DNA of 64,000 bases from Parcubacteria group bacterium (GTDB taxonomy: Bacteria > Patescibacteriota > Minisyncoccia > Phycocordibacterales > Phycocordibacteraceae). Every line of letters begins with the position of its first letter. The stretch's first letter is position 1. The notes beneath the pieces were generated by a model that was not told the origin of the DNA, did not search any database, and worked only from the letters and a program-made list of their open reading frames with translations. Positions 30,631 through 40,406 of the stretch are shown here, piece after piece. The position numbers were made by a program, and so were the translations under genes. The stretch is from NCBI GenBank assembly GCA_028286615.1, contig JAQBRG010000003.1, positions 211,800 to 275,799 on the forward strand. The letters are read 5' to 3'.

Positions 30631-32304
30631 CTACTTAGTATAAAACACCCGCGCAAGTTTTATGTCCTCGAAAGAATATTTTCCTTTCAATTTTGCAAAC
30701 ACGGGCGTTAGTTTGTCTGCTCCAACCTCGTTAAAGGCTTTATGTATCGCAGGAAGTGCGTCCTGCACTTTTTCTGGAATAAGTTCTTGTACAGAATCTA
30801 AATCAAGCTTCTTCCCTGCTGCGAGCGCGCTAACGTGGTCACAAATAGTTCCTATAGTAAGACTGCGGATACGCGCAATGTCTTCTAAGGTCTTTCCTTC
30901 CTCTATAAGTGCGAGTGTCTCCTCTTGCGTTGTTTTCTTTGCGGGCCGCGCGACTCCTTCAGCGAGTGCGCTCAATGTTCCGCCTGAAGCTTTTATAAAG
31001 TTCTGCTCGAGCTTTTCTCGTTCGCCACTCTCTTCAAGAGCATCAAACGCTTCTGCTGCTTGTTCAGAAGCATCTTTAAGTTCGGTGTCTTTTGCAGAGA
31101 CGGCCGGGTGTATCGCGAGAGCCTGCTCGCTCCAGCCAAGAAGATGCAGGCCGTCTAAAGTTCGTACGCGCGAGAGCGCAACATACCCTTGTCCGTATTC
31201 AAATGCACGAGAGAGATCCATGGCAGCGGCGTCCATACTCATACCCTGGCTCTTGTGTATGGTTATAGCCCACGCAAGACGAAGCGGGACCTGAGAGATC
31301 TTTGCGCGTACCTTGCCATTCTCTTCAACGGCCCAGGCCATAGGCGCCATGGTTATGTCTCGGCCGTCACGCGTTTCAATAATTGGATAGTTCGTACCGC
31401 TTTCAAAGCCCGTAACAATACCAAGCGTTCCGTTTGCATATCCTGCTGCCGGATTGTTCTTGGTACACATAACAATGGCCCCCTCTTTAAGGGTGAGGCG
31501 CTCAGGAGAAAGACATCCGCGCTTAAGTGCTTCAACAAGTACATTGCCTCCTGCACTTTCCATGAGGAACGGGTATGGCTTTCCTGAAAGCGCAGCAAGC
31601 TTTTCGTCGTTGAGTTTGTCCACGTCAACATTGTGCGTGAACAGACGTGGCGTATCTTCGTCGATAGTCTCTGAGTCTCCATCGCTTTCGCGTGAGGTTA
31701 GTACAGACACGTGCGTATGGTCCCATTCTCCCGAGCGAATAGCAGAGAGAAGTGAGAGGAACACTCCGTCTTCTTGGCGATGCTGCTCGTGCAAGTAACA
31801 TATTATCGGATTCAGCTTTTCCCACGCGCCAGACTGGAACGCGAATACTGCCTGCTTTCCAGCCTTAGCAATTGGCGGCAGCTGGAAGAAGTCTCCAACA
31901 AGCACAACCTGCATTCCTCCAAACGGTTTGTCTGTGTGGCGTACTTCTCGTGCAACCTCATCAACCATGGAAAGCACGTTGGCTGAAAGCATAGACACCT
32001 CGTCGATTATAAGGACCGGTGCTTTCTGAATACGCTTAACCACATGCTCTTTTGAAGCAATGGCATCAAGTGCTTCTGGAGAAAGATAATCGTTAATGCC
32101 TATGCCACTCCACGAATGGATAGTCATGCCGTGAATGTGGGTGGCCGCAATGCCTGTTGAAGCTGTTATGGCCGGTTCAATAGCATGGGAACGCAGCCAT
32201 TTCACATACTCATTAATAGTATGTGTCTTTCCGCTTCCTGGTTCTCCCGTAAGAAAAACATTAGCGCCGGTCTTTAATATAGAAAGCGCTTCACTCTGTA
32301 ACAT
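30631..32304 (-). CDS. Pif1/RecD-like ATP-dependent DNA helicase with C-terminal HTH-like tail
   Basis: Walker A GEPGSGKT, DEVSM and VGDFFQLPP (Pif1 motif III). The C-terminal ~90 aa (TLEDIARIRSLTIGTICDHV...) is HTH_40-like. Confidence 0.8.
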   Translation of the reverse strand: MLQSEALSILKTGANVFLTGEPGSGKTHTINEYVKWLRSHAIEPAITASTGIAATHIHGMTIHSWSGIGINDYLSPEALDAIASKEHVVKRIQKAPVLIIDEVSMLSANVLSMVDEVAREVRHTDKPFGGMQVVLVGDFFQLPPIAKAGKQAVFAFQSGAWEKLNPIICYLHEQHRQEDGVFLSLLSAIRSGEWDHTHVSVLTSRESDGDSETIDEDTPRLFTHNVDVDKLNDEKLAALSGKPYPFLMESAGGNVLVEALKRGCLSPERLTLKEGAIVMCTKNNPAAGYANGTLGIVTGFESGTNYPIIETRDGRDITMAPMAWAVEENGKVRAKISQVPLRLAWAITIHKSQGMSMDAAAMDLSRAFEYGQGYVALSRVRTLDGLHLLGWSEQALAIHPAVSAKDTELKDASEQAAEAFDALEESGEREKLEQNFIKASGGTLSALAEGVARPAKKTTQEETLALIEEGKTLEDIARIRSLTIGTICDHVSALAAGKKLDLDSVQELIPEKVQDALPAIHKAFNEVGADKLTPVFAKLKGKYSFEDIKLARVFYTK

Positions 32305-32482
32305 GTAAATATAAGCTCAAGTACCTATCTTAGCATTCCCTTCCTAAAGCCCTGCTAAAGCAGACTTATGAAGAAGATGAAGATGTAGAAAGTCCCCGGG
32401 CGCATCACTGCGGCCGGGGACCCTTGGTCGGAAGGACAAAGTATCAGAGGGACAAAGGGCCGAAGCTCTAGTTCCAAGGATC

Positions 32483-33214
32483 TTAGTCCTGAGTGACCTT
32501 GCGAAGACGGAACACGAGGCGACGGCCGAGACCCCACTGATCGTCGGGATCCGTCCAGTCCGCATCGAGCCACTGCTCGCCGTCCGAGTCCCGCCCGACG
32601 TAGAAGACGCCTGGGTCGCCGTCGGAATCGGTGATCCGTTCCATCGCGATCCAGAGGACTTCGTCGCTGGGCTGGTCCTTGTACTGGTCGCGAATGTGCG
32701 GGCCGGCTTCGGCGGGAAGCAGTTCAACGACATGGCCGTCGAGCCGTTCTGCGTTCTGCGCGCTCCACTCGGCAAGCCGAGTGGGATTGAGCAGTTCGGT
32801 CGTGGTCGGCATGCGCTCGTAGCCGAAGTCGGCAGGGGTGAGGATGATCGTATCGATCGCCTCTTCCTTGTCGAGCGTCGTCAAGGCGGGATTGTTCACC
32901 AAGCTCTTTGCGTAGTCGCTGACCACAAAACCAGCTTCGACGCGCTTGAGAAGCACCTCCTTCGCGACACCGCCGATCAGGAAGGTGCGCCATTTGGCGA
33001 ACTTCGGAAGATCAGTGCAGGCGTGTGTCTCATCGCTCTTCACGATAAGGCAGGCGCCGTTTTGGAGCCAGGTCGTAAAGCGCGCCGTGCGCTCTTCGGG
33101 AGACAGGTCGATGATGGCCTGCACGTTTCCCGAAGTGAGAGCGTCCCAATTGATGTCGCGACCAAATTGGCCAACGAGTTCCAGAGCTTGACCGCGAGTG
33201 ACGGCTTTACCCAT
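32483..33214 (-). CDS. Hypothetical acidic protein in a GC-rich islet
   Basis: ATG at 33214 (MGKAVTRGQ). Strongly GC3-rich codons unlike its neighbours. No family assigned. Confidence 0.5.
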   Translation of the reverse strand: MGKAVTRGQALELVGQFGRDINWDALTSGNVQAIIDLSPEERTARFTTWLQNGACLIVKSDETHACTDLPKFAKWRTFLIGGVAKEVLLKRVEAGFVVSDYAKSLVNNPALTTLDKEEAIDTIILTPADFGYERMPTTTELLNPTRLAEWSAQNAERLDGHVVELLPAEAGPHIRDQYKDQPSDEVLWIAMERITDSDGDPGVFYVGRDSDGEQWLDADWTDPDDQWGLGRRLVFRLRKVTQD

Positions 33215-33283
33215 GTCTAAGTCCTCCAAGAGGTTATGCGCTTGACCATCTGCACATTGCAAATAGCTTGACGCTACCGTGGT

Positions 33284-33333
33284 TTCGCCACAGCGGAGAA
33301 AGGCCTATATAAGCCGCTCTACGCTGTGGCGAA
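33284..33333. repeat. Inverted repeat TTCGCCACAGCG-N26-CGCTGTGGCGAA upstream of the GC-islet gene
   Basis: Perfect 12-bp arms at 33284-33295 and 33322-33333. Confidence 0.6.
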
Positions 33334-33441
33334 TTCACAAAGTTTTATCAAAGAACTTGGGGGTAAAGATACCACTTTTAGGACAAAAAGTCAAGGTATT
33401 CTATACTATACACATCGACTCTCTGGTGCCTGCTAAGTAAT

Positions 33442-33470
33442 TTGACACAAATACATTTTTAGTATATAAA
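33442..33470 (+). promoter_or_regulatory. Near-consensus sigma70-type promoter giving a leaderless (or near-leaderless) transcript for the RND adaptor gene
   Basis: TTGACA (33442-33447), 17-nt spacer, TATAAA (33465-33470). The ATG at 33477 lies about 7 nt downstream of the -10 element. Confidence 0.5.
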
Positions 33471-33476
33471 ATACAC

Positions 33477-35018
33477 ATGATACAACGTTTTATAGCCAAG
33501 ACAGGAGCTTTTATTAAGAAAGTAGTTAAAAAGACCAAGCAGCTGAGCGCCACAACATGGCGCCGATTTCGTGGTTTAAAGCGCTGGCAGCAGGTTGTTG
33601 TTGTGCTTATTATCATTGCCCTTCTAGTAGGGCTCTTTGTCGTACTCAATAGCGGAAAGAAGGCAGACGAAGCTAGCCAGGATCGTACCGTGACTCTCGC
33701 AACCGTAGGAGAGCTTTCAGGCTCTGGAAGCGGCGTGAATATTATTGGTGCCGTTCGCTCCGTAACTGAGGCAGATCTTCTTGCCCAGACTGGCGGGACT
33801 GTTCGCTCAGTTAATACACGTATTGGAGCTACCGTAGGCGCTGGTACGGTTATAGCTGAACTCGAGAACGCGAGCGAGCGAGCTCTCGTACTTCAAGCAG
33901 AAGGCTCATACGACGCAGCGGTTGCAAGTCGCCAGGCAGTATCTCCTCGAGACTCTGCTACTGACGCACGTAACGCATACCGTGACGCATTCGACACGCT
34001 TGATACCGTTCTTGAGACTCAGGTTGACCAGCTCTTCGGCAACCAGACTCCATCGGGCCCTGATCTTCTTATTAACCCTGAGAACAGCAACGACGTATAC
34101 GCACTTCCCCGCGAACGTACTGCAATTGATAAGCGTATGACTGCGTGGCGTGATCGCCTTCCTCAAGCAGGAAGCCGTGACCCCGAAGTTCTTCTATCAG
34201 AAGCTGAGACTGAAGCTCGTGCTATCGCTACATTTGTAAACAATCTTGCAACAGCAGCTAACGAGCGTAACTCACGTGCAACTCCTGCGCAGATAACGGC
34301 TGTATCAACAGCTCGTGCAAGCGTGAACGCAGTCCTTGCAGAAATTGCTGCAGCACGTACTTCCTACCGCTCTCGCAGCACAACTTCAACCGCAAGCGTT
34401 GATGCCTCTGTAAAGTCCGCACTTGGAAGCCTTCGTGGTGCACAGGCTCAACTCGAGAAGACCGTTATCCGCGCTCCTATTAGCGGACAGGTTAACTTCC
34501 TCCCAATACACGTTGGAGACTACGTAACTGCCTTTACGCACGTAGCCACTGTTGCCCAGAACGGCGCACTTGAAATCGTTGCCTACATCTCTGAGGACGA
34601 CCGCGATCTTCTTACCGTTGGAAGCAAGGTTCGTGTTGAAGATGCGTATGACGGCATTGTTACCTCTATTGCCCCTGCACTTGATCCTTCAACCAAGCAA
34701 ATTGAAATTCACGTTGCTGTTACCGGTGCTTCCAAGCTTGTAAACGGACAGTCTGTTCGCATCTCTCTTCCTGGAGCGGTTAAGAAGGAAGAGACCGCCA
34801 CGGGTCCTATTCTTCTTCCCCTAGCAGCCGTTAAGCTTCGTAGCGACTCACGCATCGTATTTACGGTTGGCGAAGATGGACGTCTTATAGCCGTACCCGT
34901 TGAGATTGGAGACGTACGCGGAGACCGCATTGAAGTTCTAACTCCTCTTGATCCAGCACAGCGCATCGTTAGTGATGCTCGCGGTCTTTCCGAAGGACAG
35001 AAAGTAAACCATGACTAA
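33477..35018 (+). CDS. Efflux RND periplasmic adaptor (membrane fusion protein, HlyD family)
   Basis: N-terminal TM, biotinyl/lipoyl-like hairpins (TVRSVNTRIGATVGAGTVIAELEN and VIRAPISGQV) and a coiled-coil region. Confidence 0.8.
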   Translation: MIQRFIAKTGAFIKKVVKKTKQLSATTWRRFRGLKRWQQVVVVLIIIALLVGLFVVLNSGKKADEASQDRTVTLATVGELSGSGSGVNIIGAVRSVTEADLLAQTGGTVRSVNTRIGATVGAGTVIAELENASERALVLQAEGSYDAAVASRQAVSPRDSATDARNAYRDAFDTLDTVLETQVDQLFGNQTPSGPDLLINPENSNDVYALPRERTAIDKRMTAWRDRLPQAGSRDPEVLLSEAETEARAIATFVNNLATAANERNSRATPAQITAVSTARASVNAVLAEIAAARTSYRSRSTTSTASVDASVKSALGSLRGAQAQLEKTVIRAPISGQVNFLPIHVGDYVTAFTHVATVAQNGALEIVAYISEDDRDLLTVGSKVRVEDAYDGIVTSIAPALDPSTKQIEIHVAVTGASKLVNGQSVRISLPGAVKKEETATGPILLPLAAVKLRSDSRIVFTVGEDGRLIAVPVEIGDVRGDRIEVLTPLDPAQRIVSDARGLSEGQKVNHD

Positions 35019-38000
35019 ATTCTGGAGTTTCTTCCTTCATAAGCATCACTTCACGATATTCTTGATGCTGGTCCTCCTCGCAGGAGGACTCTACGCGGTA
35101 TCAGCTATTCCTAAGGAATCTACACCTGATATTGCTATTCCTCTTGGTGTAGTTAGTACGGTGCTCCCAGGAGCCGGGTCTGCTGACGTTGAGCGACTTG
35201 TTACAGACAAGATTGAGAACGGCGTACTTGGTGTTGAGCACGTATCGAAAGTTACCTCTACCTCAGGCGACGGTATTTCTATCGTCTCTGTTGAATTCGA
35301 TGCATCTGCAAACATTGATAAATCTATCCAGCTTCTTAAGGATGCTGTTGACGCAGTTAAGTCTGACCTTCCAACTGAAGCTCTTGATCCAGTTGTATCT
35401 GACGTTAACTTCGCAGACCAGCCAATCCTTATCATTTCTATATCTGGAAATCTTGCTCCTGCTGAGCTAACCGCACTCGGGGAATCAGTGAGCGACGAGA
35501 TTAAACGCGTCTCAGGCGTGTCTAAGGTTTCTGTGTCCGGCGTTCGTGCACGTCAGGTACAGGTAGTCGTGAAGCAGGAACGTCTTCGCGAATACAACCT
35601 TGCCCTTTCAGACGTAACTAATGCTATTCGTTCAGCAGGTGTGGCTTCTCCAGCAGGTTCTATAACCGTTGACGGGGTTAACTATGCAGTTCGCTTTGAA
35701 TCAGGAGTTCCTTCAACCGACGCTGTAGCGAACGTAGCGCTTGCAGGTCCTGGAGGCGCAACTATTCACGTGCGCGATGTTGCAGAAGTAATCGATGGTC
35801 TTGAGGACCCTACAACCTACTCACGTGTTTCAGTTGATGGAAAACCATCGCAGCCTTCTCTTACTCTTACTATCTTCAAGAGTCGTGGAGGAAACATCGC
35901 ACAGATAGGACATGCAGTTGAGAAGAGACTTGAAGATCTGAAGGCAGACATGCTTGCAGGCACCAACACGGTTATTTCATACAACGGTGCAGAAGAAGTG
36001 AACAAGAGCTTGATTGAGCTAACGCGTGCCGGTGTTGAGACCGTTATCCTCGTTATGCTCGTACTTCTCTTTACACTTGGATGGCGTGAGTCTTTGGTTG
36101 CTGCTGCATCCATTCCTCTTTCATTCCTCGTTGCTTTCATTGGTCTTCTTGCTTCAGGCAATACCCTCAACAACGTTTCTCTCTTCGCACTTATTCTCGC
36201 GATTGGTATTCTCGTTGACTCAGGCATCGTGGTGGTGGAAGCATTCCACACTCGTCTTCTTAAGTACGGAGACAAGCATGAGGCAGCTGTAGCGGCTATT
36301 CGCGAATACGCATGGCCTCTTATTGCCGGAACATTCACTACCATCGTGGTGTTCATCCCGCTCTTCTTCCTTTCCGGCATTGTTGGAAAGTTCCTCGCAT
36401 CTATTCCGTTCACGGTTATATTCGTGCTTCTTGCCAGTATCTTCGTGGCGCTCGGATTCGTTCCTCTTCTCGCTATCTACTTCGTAAAGGACAACCACTC
36501 ACCCGCACAGGAGCGTCAGGAGAAATATAACCAGGCTGCAAGAGTGTGGTACCAGGAGTTTCTTCAGAAGATGCTTCGCAACAAGAAAAGCCAGAACCGC
36601 TTCTTTGCGGCCATGGGTATTCTCTTTGTGCTTGCTCTCGCACTTCCCGCAACAGGACTTCTTAAGTCTATCTTCTTCCCAGGAGACGATACCGATTATA
36701 TCTATGTTCAAATAGAGAAACCTCGAGGAACTGAACTCGCACAGACAGACCTCGCACTCCGCGAGGTTGAAGAAATACTCTATGCCAATCCGCATGTTGC
36801 CTCATTCGTGAGCGAAGCTGGTGCTGGTAGCTCCTTCTCAGGAAGTGGTGCTTCCGGTGGCAACGTTGGCAACATAACCGTTAACCTTCCAGAGGGTCAC
36901 AAGCAGACCAGTGCTGAGCTTGTTACTGAACTACGCAAGCAGTTTGAGACTGTTACTTCAGCAAGCATCACTGTTGCAGAACCCGCAGGCGGTCCTCCTT
37001 CAGCTGCCCCCGTTACCATAACCTTCTCAGGAGACGATCTTGGTGCACTCACTAAGACCTCAGACAATGCAGCACATGTACTCTCTGATATTCCTGGCGT
37101 TGTTAACATCAACTCTAGTACCAAGGACTCAAGTGCAGAGTTCGTAGTTACGCTTGATAGCGCGAAGGCTGCAGAGCTTGGTGTTTCTCCTGTGGTAGTT
37201 GCAGACACGCTTCGTACGGCACTCTTTAGCGCTAAGGCTACGTCTATTCGTACCGGCAAAGACGATATCGAAGTACGCACGAAGCTGAACCTCAACCCAA
37301 CCTACAGCGACCCTTCAGAGACTACGCACACTACTATTGATGCGGTACGTGCCCTCACCATTCCTGGCAAACAAGGTCCGGTACTTCTTTCAAGTATCGC
37401 TACCATTACATACGAGCCTGCTGAAGCTAGCATTCAACATGAAGCTGGAACACGTATCTCAACCGTTACAGCAGACGTTGCGCCTGGAGCTAACGCTATT
37501 GATGTGTCGAACCAGTTTGCGAAGAAGTTTACCCAAGACCAGATTGTGCCGGGCGTAACGATGAAGCTTGGAGGAGCTTCTGAAGACATTGGTAAATCAT
37601 TTATCGAACTCTTCGTCGCACTTATCGCAGGAGCGGCACTCATGCTCTCTATCCTCGTCCTTGAGTTCAACTCATTCCGTCAGTCCTTCTACCTGCTTCT
37701 TATCATTCCTCTTTCGCTCGTTGGAGTGTTCGTGGGACTCACGGTCTTTGGCCAACCACTCTCTCTTCCTTCGATGCTCGGTGTTATTGCGCTTGCAGGT
37801 GTGATTATCAACCACGCCATTATTCTCATGGACTCCATTGCGCGTATCCATCGAGAACAGAAAGATCTCTCGCTTGAGGAGGTTGTGGTGCAAGCTGCGT
37901 CTACTCGTCTCCGTCCTATTCTTCTTACGACTATCGTGACGGTTGTAGGCATGATCCCGCTTACACTCGCTTCAGCATTCTGGGCACCACTCGCCTTCGC

Positions 38001-38115
38001 TATTATGGCCGGGCTTGCCTTCTCTCTCCTTCTTACCCTCGTCCTTATTCCTATCCTGTACTTCCGTTGGCCAGGAAAGGCAGTGCGCGAACATTACGAA
38101 GATCGCGGAGTATAA
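35011..38115 (+). CDS. RND efflux transporter permease (AcrB/HAE family)
   Basis: 1034 aa with a 12-TM RND architecture and two large periplasmic loops. It overlaps the adaptor gene by 8 nt. Confidence 0.9.
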   Translation: MTKFWSFFLHKHHFTIFLMLVLLAGGLYAVSAIPKESTPDIAIPLGVVSTVLPGAGSADVERLVTDKIENGVLGVEHVSKVTSTSGDGISIVSVEFDASANIDKSIQLLKDAVDAVKSDLPTEALDPVVSDVNFADQPILIISISGNLAPAELTALGESVSDEIKRVSGVSKVSVSGVRARQVQVVVKQERLREYNLALSDVTNAIRSAGVASPAGSITVDGVNYAVRFESGVPSTDAVANVALAGPGGATIHVRDVAEVIDGLEDPTTYSRVSVDGKPSQPSLTLTIFKSRGGNIAQIGHAVEKRLEDLKADMLAGTNTVISYNGAEEVNKSLIELTRAGVETVILVMLVLLFTLGWRESLVAAASIPLSFLVAFIGLLASGNTLNNVSLFALILAIGILVDSGIVVVEAFHTRLLKYGDKHEAAVAAIREYAWPLIAGTFTTIVVFIPLFFLSGIVGKFLASIPFTVIFVLLASIFVALGFVPLLAIYFVKDNHSPAQERQEKYNQAARVWYQEFLQKMLRNKKSQNRFFAAMGILFVLALALPATGLLKSIFFPGDDTDYIYVQIEKPRGTELAQTDLALREVEEILYANPHVASFVSEAGAGSSFSGSGASGGNVGNITVNLPEGHKQTSAELVTELRKQFETVTSASITVAEPAGGPPSAAPVTITFSGDDLGALTKTSDNAAHVLSDIPGVVNINSSTKDSSAEFVVTLDSAKAAELGVSPVVVADTLRTALFSAKATSIRTGKDDIEVRTKLNLNPTYSDPSETTHTTIDAVRALTIPGKQGPVLLSSIATITYEPAEASIQHEAGTRISTVTADVAPGANAIDVSNQFAKKFTQDQIVPGVTMKLGGASEDIGKSFIELFVALIAGAALMLSILVLEFNSFRQSFYLLLIIPLSLVGVFVGLTVFGQPLSLPSMLGVIALAGVIINHAIILMDSIARIHREQKDLSLEEVVVQAASTRLRPILLTTIVTVVGMIPLTLASAFWAPLAFAIMAGLAFSLLLTLVLIPILYFRWPGKAVREHYEDRGV

Positions 38116-38150
38116 ACAAAAGAACGCCCCGGATGGGGCGTTCTTTTGTT
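38116..38150. terminator. Bidirectional rho-independent terminator after the RND operon
   Basis: AAAAGAACGCCCCggatGGGGCGTTCTTTTG. Confidence 0.8.
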
Positions 38151-38161
38151 AGGAGAACAGC

Positions 38162-38593
38162 TTAGTTCTTGATCTTAAGCTTGTGATCTACTGAGTACTT
38201 TCCAGGACCAGTAATCATAAGAGATACGGCTGCGGCAAAGAGAAGGATGATGTATTCGTATCCTCCACCTGCTAGGAAGAAGCCGTGTGTAATGTGTACG
38301 GTGAAGAATGCAACAACCGAGACAAAGGCGAGGATTTTTGCAACCCAGTGTGTGTATGCGCCAAGAATAAGCATAAGACCGCCAACGAGTTCAGCGGCGA
38401 TAAGGAGTGCCGCGAAGAAGCCTGCAGCTGGGAATCCAAGACTGCCAAGGAAACCACTAACTCCTGGAAGTCCCATCATGGTGAGCTTCTGGTATCCGTG
38501 CATCGCAAAGATAAGACCTGTTACAACGCGAAGGATAAGAGGAGCAAGATCTGCTGCTCGTTTGGTACAGCTACAATGGAACAAGTTTTTCAT
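38162..38593 (-). CDS. DoxX family membrane protein
   Basis: 143 aa with four TM helices. The APLILRVVTGLIFAMHGYQK start is DoxX-like. Confidence 0.65.
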   Translation of the reverse strand: MKNLFHCSCTKRAADLAPLILRVVTGLIFAMHGYQKLTMMGLPGVSGFLGSLGFPAAGFFAALLIAAELVGGLMLILGAYTHWVAKILAFVSVVAFFTVHITHGFFLAGGGYEYIILLFAAAVSLMITGPGKYSVDHKLKIKN

Positions 38594-38640
38594 GAATATA
38601 CGCTAAGGGATATGCGTACAGTGTAGCTCCTTCCTGGGAT

Positions 38641-39285
38641 TTAGGGAGTGGCTGGAAGTGCGTCAGGAAGCTTGAGCGAGAGCGCTACAGAACGGAGAAG
38701 TTCGTTTACATCTTTGAGTTCGTCTGCAGTATTGGTTGGAGGTGCATACACGAGCACACCGCTAAACTTCGATGCTCCCTTTGTTCCTGTTGGGAATACA
38801 TAGACTGAAACGTCTGAGGTTAGGGTTGAGTCTGAGCCCGCAGTGCGCTTGGTAAGAGTCATGCGGTATTCGTATGCCTTGTCTCCTGAGGCGCTGAAGA
38901 AAGAGGGCTGCACTTTAACATTGTCGCAACTAAGAATCTGTCCAGGCAGATCTGCCGCACAGGTGAGCTTTGCTTGAGCTGTGAAGAAAGCTTCCTCACT
39001 TGCTGGAGGAAGTGCCGGGTTACTCTTTACAACGCTTACGAGGACGTCCGTATCAAAATTCTTCCCTGTTGTGTCCTTTGCATCTTTCGTGCCAATTGCC
39101 ACAAAGTCGCTCTGGTACTCATTGATGTCGTATTTCGCGGGGAATGAGAATGAGAACGCACGGTTCTTGTACTCAGTTATGCCATCGCGCTTTGTCTGCA
39201 TGAGGGTGTGTGCAATAACCACGACAATACCCACAAGTGCGATAGCAGCGATTATAACGGCGATTCTTTTTTGCGATAAGGACAT
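38641..39285 (-). CDS. Hypothetical membrane-anchored secreted protein
   Basis: N-terminal TM or signal anchor. No family assigned. Confidence 0.5.
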   Translation of the reverse strand: MSLSQKRIAVIIAAIALVGIVVVIAHTLMQTKRDGITEYKNRAFSFSFPAKYDINEYQSDFVAIGTKDAKDTTGKNFDTDVLVSVVKSNPALPPASEEAFFTAQAKLTCAADLPGQILSCDNVKVQPSFFSASGDKAYEYRMTLTKRTAGSDSTLTSDVSVYVFPTGTKGASKFSGVLVYAPPTNTADELKDVNELLRSVALSLKLPDALPATP

Positions 39286-39351
39286 ACAGTATTTAAAATT
39301 TAAACAATAACTAAGTATCTATTAATGTCGTATGAAGCACCTTACTCTTAC

Positions 39352-39684
39352 CTACTTCAATTTACGTACAACAAATGAGGTAACGGTAACCTGACCAGCA
39401 GTGCCCTTAGTATAACTAAAATCAGCGGTAAATGCGTTATGTCCGTCTTCATATGACACCACGCCTACTCCCTCATTTGTCGTTATCTGGGTTACAAACA
39501 ACGTCCCTCCAAGGACTGCGGGCTCAGGCGATAATTCGCTTATATGAGCCCGTACGTACTCTTCAGCGGCACTGTTTGAGACTGGTTGCGTCTGAGGTGC
39601 TTGAGCTTTGTGATGCGCAAAGGCCAAAAGACAAAGCACAACAGCTACAGCCAAGACAAGATACCGAGACACCTGTTTGGCCAT
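39352..39684 (-). CDS. Hypothetical small secreted protein
   Basis: Signal-anchor N-terminus. No family assigned. Confidence 0.45.
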   Translation of the reverse strand: MAKQVSRYLVLAVAVVLCLLAFAHHKAQAPQTQPVSNSAAEEYVRAHISELSPEPAVLGGTLFVTQITTNEGVGVVSYEDGHNAFTADFSYTKGTAGQVTVTSFVVRKLK

Positions 39685-39767
39685 AGACTCCTATCCTATC
39701 AGATATCAGGATAGAGTTTCTTGTGTTTGACAGTGTAGGAAAACCAGGGTTTAGCAAAGCTTATATC

Positions 39768-40397
39768 CTATTTCTTTGCGCAGACAGTTTCTAACACTGG
39801 CGCAAGACGTGCAGCAATCTTCAAAGACCCTGCAGCGTTCGGATGAAGCTGGTCGCTGGTTAATTCTTTAGAACCAACAATGCCTGCGAGAATGTTTGGC
39901 ACAAGTGTTGCGTCATACTTCTTTGCAAGTCGTTCAAACATAGATTTGTATGGATCGTTAAACAGGTTTCCAGGAACTCCTGCCAGGACAATATGAATGT
40001 CTGCATCATGCAATTCCTTTAAGATTGCATCGAGGTTCTGTTCTGTATCTGTAACAGGAATACGTTGAAGTGCATCGTTCCCTCCAAGTACAACAAGTAC
40101 TATGTCGGGCTTCGCATTAAGCACCTTCTGTACGCGAACAAGTCCTTGAGCGGTTGTGTCTCCGCTAACACCAAGATTCTGTATGGGCACCCCAATAGTG
40201 CGTGCCGTAACTGACACGAAGTTATCTTCTGTCTGCACACCATACCCGGCAACAAGACTGTCGCCAAAGGCAACGATGGTGGGCTGAACATCAGCACAGG
40301 AGACTAGTGGATCAGGACGCATGAAGAAATAATAAGCGCCAACTCCAGCGAGTAGTAAGACCGCCAAACCAGCAAAAAGAATAGTACGTGAACTCAT
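39768..40397 (-). CDS. SGNH/GDSL hydrolase (TesA/arylesterase-like)
   Basis: AFGDSLVAGYG (GDS block I), GGNDAL (block III) and a C-terminal DxxH-type block. Confidence 0.8.
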   Translation of the reverse strand: MSSRTILFAGLAVLLLAGVGAYYFFMRPDPLVSCADVQPTIVAFGDSLVAGYGVQTEDNFVSVTARTIGVPIQNLGVSGDTTAQGLVRVQKVLNAKPDIVLVVLGGNDALQRIPVTDTEQNLDAILKELHDADIHIVLAGVPGNLFNDPYKSMFERLAKKYDATLVPNILAGIVGSKELTSDQLHPNAAGSLKIAARLAPVLETVCAKK

Positions 40398-40406
40398 ATG
40401 AGTTCC

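Noticed and set aside
35817-37295. Several 70-200-aa ORFs on the minus strand
   Set aside because: They are antisense shadows of the 1034-aa RND permease gene.
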